NCBI RefSeq assembly: GCF_009914755.1
Contig: NC_060927.1
Direction: 5' to 3' (one strand)
Length of the DNA: 64,000 nt
From: the human T2T-CHM13v2.0 reference genome, Homo sapiens
Shown here: one piece after another, positions 56,956 to 64,000 of the stretch
How positions within the stretch are numbered: position 1 is the first letter of the stretch
Layout: every line of letters begins with the position of its first letter
Notes under the pieces: generated by a model
Databases searched by the model: none
Told to the model about the DNA's origin: nothing
Seen by the model: only the letters and a program-made list of their open reading frames with translations
Program-made: the position numbers and the translations under genes

Positions 56956-58405
56956 GTTTCTATTTTTCTGATAAAATATTTGATTTAACCACTTACATTT
57001 TCTTTAAGACAATTAATTGGAGGTTCTTCATATATGTTGCTAGTAAAATGTCACATACACATGCCACATTTAAACATATAGACATACAGGACACATAGAA
57101 GCAAATTTTGTATTAATAGCTTTATAAGGTTCTCCATTTGCCAGTTTGCAAATAGTTTCTTTCCTCTTTAGACTCTCAAGCCCTAAACAATTATTAGCTA
57201 GGCTATCCTAAATTTACAATCACAAAAACATGACTCTTAGGTGAAAATTTACCTCCCAAAGGCACAGAACTTAGATCTAAACACCTTTATTTACTGAGAC
57301 AAAGAAGGGCATAGGTAAAGGCCCAGTCAAGATAAGATTACCAGCAAAAATATCTTAAACAAAAGTAAGGTTGGTTTTATAAACTTTAAGGCACTGTTTT
57401 TCCTGTCATAAAAGTTTCTAGTAGCTTAGGTGGAGCAAGGGAGATGCTCCTACAAATGGAGATTTCCGTTATGTATGTATATTTATTTTACAAAGAGTTT
57501 CAAAATAGCCACCTAAATGCCAGAAAGTCATATTTTGGAGACCAATCTAGTCAGAAAGCTGGTATTTTCAACTTAGCTTTTGTATTGATTAGATTACTAA
57601 CCTCAGGGTTGAGCCCTTTAATGAATAGCAAAATGAAAGCATTTGCAGTTTTTGGGGACTAATGTTTACATATGTGAAAAACAGGCAGTGCACCTAGATA
57701 TTTAAAATTGAACGATCCCACTTTTACATTGAATCCCGGGTCCCCCAGAAAAGAGAAATGCCACAAGACCGGGGTATGCAATGTTTCCACAATGCACCTC
57801 ACTGCATACATTCCCTCAAGACTGGTAGGTGAGCAATGCCCATCAGCCCACTCTGTGATCAGACCACCCTCCCACAGGAGGAGTTTTATGCCTTGAGGGG
57901 AAGTGTTTCCTCCACCTTCAAGTGTTCAAACCTGTCTTTCTATCTAAACACCGGAAAAAATGAGTAGCCCCGTACATTTATAATCATTCACTGTAACTGA
58001 TTTCAGCTGCTTCAGAAACCACAGTTTTTGCCAGTGACTTGTCAGCCATTGCACACACAAAATTCAAGTTGTATCTCATAGTACAGAGTAATCCCTGGTA
58101 CCCTAAAAGCTAAAGAGGTCAGTTACTACTTCTAACAGCTCTTGCAAATCTTTATTATTAGACTCAGTTATGGAAGTACGATTGCCCATAATCATATTTC
58201 CTTTTTGAATGATAAAAAAGACCCAGTGAGAGGAATTTTGGTCACCCAAGAAGAATGTTTAGATTTGTCAATTGAACTGAGCTGTGAAATCTGACCAATT
58301 TTAAAGATTACAAATTTTTCACTTAAGCTGTAAGATTACACTTTTTCTTTTCAGAGAGAAACTATTTTTTCCCCGACCAAAATTTTAAATGAGATAAAAG
58401 ATTGA

Positions 58406-58701
<296 letters not shown>

Positions 58702-59864
58702 TAAAAGATGGGAAAACTCTAAGAATTAATTCAAAATAACACTAGCTCAAAAAGAAAAAGTGAAAGTCACAAATCTGCAATCAGCAGAGACTCTAGAGAA
58801 TAACAAATGGAACTCCTACCTTACAGTAGAGCTTCATTTCCAACCATGTTGTGGCAGGAATGTGTGCAGTTTCAAAAAGTGAATTGGTCTGAATGTTCAA
58901 CCAAGAATGGAGCATTCAAATCTGAGGAGGGCTTACCCAGTTGACTGACCTCCGCTGACTCCAGTGAGGTCAGATGAATGAAAGTTATGCTCATATCAGG
59001 ACTCCAGCTGTCAGCAAAGCAAGGGAGATCACTGAAAGTCTGTTTCAGGTCCCACCTGAGTCACCAAAATGTCAACCTTAAATAACATAAGTACAGAGAT
59101 TATATGAGCTCAAAGCTTGAAGATGGCCACCCAGGAGCCTAGATTCATGTTGCCCTGAATATACAGTCCAATTAGCAATAGTTACAAGTGGGTCTTTAAA
59201 GGAAAAAAGAAGAGAAGTTGTTTATCAAGACTTTTCGTTAAGATAACATAAGCTATTAATTGGTTATTCATTGCTCTTTGTGTCACAAATGCTAGGAATA
59301 TGAAGATAATGAGTGAGAGAGCTGGTCAGGAACAAAAATGCCTTAAACAATTGCCCCCAGTCATGGCTACTCAGGGGAGAGACAGCCATGACTGAAGCCC
59401 TGTACTTATGTCTCTCTGGGCCTGATAAATGTTGCATATCTCACATAGTTGACCTGCTCTGAGCTATTTTTCTTTTCTCAATAATATCTAGGAATGAAAT
59501 ATGGCTGTAGCTAGGAGATTGATTAAAAGTGGTAATGTATTCCAGAGTCATTAATGGTATGACTTTTCTACACCTATGCTTAATTTTCACTTTATCTCAG
59601 ATTATTTATTTAAGTTTAATTTTCTGCCATTTCTTTATGAAAATTCCTTCTAGAAACATTGGTCTGGCTAAAAAAATATACTTAGATAATTATGCATCTA
59701 TGTGAGTACATAGATGAGTGTCCCTACTGGGGATAATCAGGTAATCCAAGTGAAAGAAGTAGTTTCTAGATGGAGTATAAGGCAAACTTTATCTCTTACA
59801 TGCTTCTTGAAACACACAGTCTTTGGGATAATTTTTTTACTCCTCTGCTGTTGATAGCTTTATG

Positions 59865-60380
59865 GTGTAGGCATCAAGATGCTGGCTGGAAGCAGAGTTT
59901 CACTCCAGATGATTCTACTGAAGAAAATTAAGGAGTATTTACCAAATATTTACAGAAGCAGTGTTAAGGGAACTGAGGTAAAGGCAAAGAGATGTTGATG
60001 TTCCCAGAGAGGAGCAACAGAGGGAAACGTTTACCACCCTGAGAGCTCAAGGAGCAACCACAGGGGTGTTTCCAGAGTTCATTGAGAGCCAGAGCCTCAG
60101 AGGAGGGCCTGCTTGGAAGGACTGTAGACAGGGAGAGATGCAACCCCTGCTAGACAGAAGTGCCAAAGCAAGGAGACAAAGAGGGAAAACCACTCAGATT
60201 TCTCTCTACTCTTGCCTTTTGAAGTTCTTTCTTTCAAGCTTCCATAGGCAGAACCCAATGGAAAACCAGTAAACAAAAGAACTAAGATTACACAGTCGAT
60301 AGAAGGGTCACTTCCTTGGGGCATAGAGCAGGACAGAGAGGACATTTAGGAAAGGATGAGCAGAAATACACCACTCTCCC
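59865..60380. mobile_element. Probable ancient LTR (LTR78/MamGyp-like)
   Basis: Weak recalled similarity (cttccataggcagaacccaatggaaaaccag; ggggcatagagcaggacagaga). Confidence 0.35.
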
Positions 60381-60564
60381 TGTATAAATTAAGTTAAATA
60401 ATTTTTCTTTTCTCCTAACTATTAAAAATAAAGAATGCAAGTTCAGTGATAAACAGCACCTACTATTTTGCCTTAGGATTGGCAATTGATACAGCTTGGT
60501 AGGAATAATGGCAAAGTGGCTTCATTTAAAGAACAAAACTGCTCTTTTACTCTGTTCCATGGTT

Positions 60565-61750
60565 GCTGTGATGTCTTTTTTTCTGACACCAAATGTGTGG
60601 GTTTTTCTGACATCAAATACCTTATTTTTGCATATCGATTCTCTAATTCTCTGACATCAATTGGATGTCCTACAATTTAACTCAGTTTTGACACAAACTA
60701 CCTGATCATCATGAGACTTCACAGGTGTAAGGGCTCAGTTCCACACCAGCTGCAAATGGAGTGCCCAGGTGTATTAGTCCATCCTCATACTTCTATGAAG
60801 AAATACCTGAGACTGAGTAATTTATAAAGAAAAAGAGGTTTCATGGACTCACAGATCCACATGGCTGGTGAGGCCTCACAATCATAGTGGAAGGCAAAGG
60901 GGGAGCAAAGGCTTGTCTTACATGGCAGTAGGCAAGAGAGTGTGTGCAGGGGAACTATCCTTTATAAAACCATCAGATCTCATCAGACTTACTCACTATC
61001 ATGAGAACAGCACAGAAAAAAAACCCACCCCCATGATTCGATTACCTGCCACCAGGTCCCTCCCATGGCACATGAGAATTGTAGGAGCTACAATTCAAGA
61101 TGAGATTTGGTTGGGGACACAGCAAAACCATATCACCAAGCTACCCACATTTCTTCCCAGCAACTACAAAATGTGGGAGTACCCACAACTCCCCAATTCA
61201 GGTTTAGTAACTCACTAAAATGACTCTCAAAGCACTTTATGTTTATCAGTTTATTATAAAGGATACAACTCAAATGAAAGAAATGCATATGGCCAAGCAT
61301 CAGGGAAGGAGTGTGTAGCTTCTGTAGCCTCTCTGGGCTCACTACCCTCCTGGCATATATCAGTGTCTTCACCAAACTGAAAATTTCCTGAACCTTGTTG
61401 TTTAGGGATTTTTATATAGGTTTCATTAGGTAAAACCTCTGGGTTTGATTAATTAAATCATTAGCCCTTGGTGTTTGAGCTCAATCTCTGGCCCCTCTCC
61501 AGTTCTTGGAAGTCAGAGAGGGTGGGGATGAAAGTTCCAACCCACTAATCAAGTCTTAGTCTTTCTGGTGACCAGTCCCCATCCTGAAGCTACCTGAGTG
61601 ACCTCATTAGCATAAACTCAGATGTGGTTAAAAATAGTCTGTTCTGAATAACAAAACATACCCCTATCACTCAGGAAATTCCAAGGGTTTTAGAAGCTGT
61701 GTGTCAGCAACCTGAGAAAAAGACTAAATATATTTTTTATTATGTCATAG
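60565..61750. mobile_element. MER21-family LTR interrupted by THE1
   Basis: tctgacaccaaatgtgtgggttttt...cctcattagcataaactcag...cctatcactcaggaaattccaagggttttaga. Confidence 0.82.
60770..61135 (-). mobile_element. THE1 (B/C-like) MaLR solo LTR
   Basis: tgtattagtccat...gatgagatttggttggggacacagcaaaaccatatca; TSD ccagg/ccaag. Confidence 0.93.
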
Positions 61751-61954
61751 TTGCCATGCAGAAAGCATGGGTTAAACTGTCCCATCTATTAAAAGGAATC
61801 ACAGATTTCAATTTTCATGTGAAATCTCCCAAGTTTCAAATGTTGACAACCATTTCAAAATTTCCAAAATCTCTTTGCAGTCCAAATAAAACATACCTGT
61901 AGACTGGGTTTGGCCCATGGTTTCTAGTCTCTCATACCTGACACAGAACTTCGG

Positions 61955-62590
61955 AACAGGAGTTTTCAACCCTGGCTGCACACTGAAATCACCTGGGTAG
62001 CTTTGAAATCTTTGTGCCTGGGCCTCATGCCAAAACAATTAAGTCAGAATCTCCTGGGCTGGGCCCCAGAGATTGGTATTTTTAAAAGTAGTTTTCTGAT
62101 AATTTTAATGTACAGTGATTTTAAAAGCTTCTTATTTTGCAATAAGTTTACCTTCACATAGAAGCCATAATGATAATATAGATTTTCTATATATTGCACA
62201 CCCAGTTTCCCCCATTAACAACACCTTAAATTACCATGGCACATTTGTCAAAATTAAGAAACTGACATTGGTATATTACTATTAACTAAACTCCAGACTC
62301 TATTTGGATTTTGCCAACTTTTTTATTAACATTTTCTTTCTGTTCCAGGATCCAATCCAGTTACTATATTGTGTTTAGCTGTCCTGTCTCATCAGCCTGC
62401 TCTGATCTGCGATAATTTCTTAGACTTTGTTTGTTGGAGTAGTACTGGCCAGGTATTCTGAATGTCTCTAGATCTGAGTTTGTCAGCTGTTTTTCTCATG
62501 ATAAGACCCCTAGTTTTCATGGGTTTTGGGAGAGAATACCACAGAGGTGAAACACCCTTGACATCTCATATCAGGTTATATTCCATTTTT
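61955..62590. mobile_element. MER5B-like MITE (about 61955-62115) followed by an antisense L1MB/MC 3' fragment
   Basis: ttttcaaccctggctgcacactgaaatcacctggg; acattggtatattactattaactaaactccagact...ctgttccaggatccaatccag. Confidence 0.75.
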
Positions 62591-64000
62591 GAAAACAACT
62601 TCTTGAAGTAATAGTGGCTGGGTAGAGTGGAGCTAGCAGGACCCATCCTACTCTTGAACAGATTGAAGTACGTCAGTCAGTAGAGAAAATCAGGAGGGAT
62701 GACATGAGGCCAGCAATGGAGCTGCATCTCTTGCAAATAAATAGTCTCAATTCAAAGTCATGAGACAACAGTTCTATTCCAGGCTCATCCACTAACTAGT
62801 TTTTAGGGAAGCCAATCACAGTCTTCTAGTGTTACTTTCTTCATCTGTACAATATAGAAGTTGATATCTGAGTCTTGAAATTATGTGACTCTCAAACTCT
62901 GGAATGTGTTTTCATTAGTCAAATATTGTCATCCACAGTTTCATTTCCTAAGAGGAATGTGTTGTAATGCTGAGCAAGATACCCTCAAAATTTCTGGTTT
63001 CTACAAAAGGGCATGTAAGGGAGGCCTCTCTGCTTCACTGTTTGGTACTTAAGACACTTGTATCCTAAGAATGTCAGGTGCCTGGCAGGAAGAAAACAAA
63101 TTGCAAAAACTGAGAAGAAAATTCATCGCATTCATTCATCTTTGTTTCTGGAACTCACTATTTTATTCCTTCCGTTACAATGGATTAAGAAGGAAATGAC
63201 ATAATTTGTTTTTGAAATGTCAGAAGCAGTGCAGAGTTTAGTACTTTAAAAAATAGTTTAATGTTGACCCTGTGCATACGTAAATCTTACCAGAAATGAG
63301 GATGACTGGCTTACAACGTTAGATACTCTAAGTTGCCAATAATTTGTACAGAGCCTGTGATTGCAAAACCACAAACATTTCACAATACTGGAAACCTCTA
63401 ATTAACCATAATAAATGACAGGATGGGTTTGTTTTAAATACATGGTTAATAATGCTTACTGCTTTAAGACCATAAACTGTGTGATTCTCTATGGAGGTGA
63501 CAGAGGTAGGCTGCAAATGGTTTTGCAAAGTACGTTTCTACCTCTGCATGTTAAGTCTGACCCAGAACATTCTACTAATATTGGATCAGCCTCTCATCTG
63601 ACGTAATTTGCCTGTGGGAATTGTATCGGCTGTTAAACTAGCTCCTCTTAGTAGCTGTTTGAAAAAAAAAAGGAAGAAGAAGCACAATTCTGTGGTGTGT
63701 TTCAAATAACTGAAGCCAGTGTCCTAGGTACTGAGACAAGAAAGAATGTCAAACAGGACCTTTAATGTGTATTTATATTTAAACATCAGACCTAACAGAA
63801 AACCCTGAAGCTTTATACAATGATTAGAGCCTTGTAAGATCCTAATTAATGTATTGTCAGGTGAATGGTTGTCCTGGCACTCAAGCTGTTCTGAGGGACG
63901 CAAGGGGTTTCAGGTACCGCCTAGGAAGAATAGATGCAGTTGTAGTGATTCAGTGGCCCATCTGAAAGGGACATATAAAGGCAGCTGTGTCTGGTGTGCT

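Overview
Primate (very probably human) AT-rich genomic DNA lying almost entirely within introns of a + strand gene. The only supported host coding segment is a 158-nt internal exon (44178-44335) encoding [52 protein letters not shown](R), the first part of RRM2 of RBMS3 (recalled as exon 5). The rest is intron filled with interspersed repeats: 10 Alus, a sense solo LTR12, a 3-kb L1PA, two 5'-inverted L1s, a two-LTR MER65-like ERV1 provirus with nested insertions, MLT1/MLT2/THE1/MER21/MER61/LTR16/LTR33-type LTRs, MER1A/MER5/MER20/MER44/Tigger4b DNA transposons, MIR and L2 fragments, and microsatellites. The other ORFs in the track are repeat-derived or chance. I see no convincing new multi-gene system. 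The best leads are two possible routes to an RRM1-less RBMS3 isoform (a YY1-marked in-frame candidate first exon and the LTR12 promoter), two homeodomain motif clusters that may be enhancers, a twin-primed inverted Alu, template-switch palindromes, and a long L1 inverted repeat. Repeat subfamily names come from recalled consensus sequences, not from a search, and the boundaries of old repeats are approximate.
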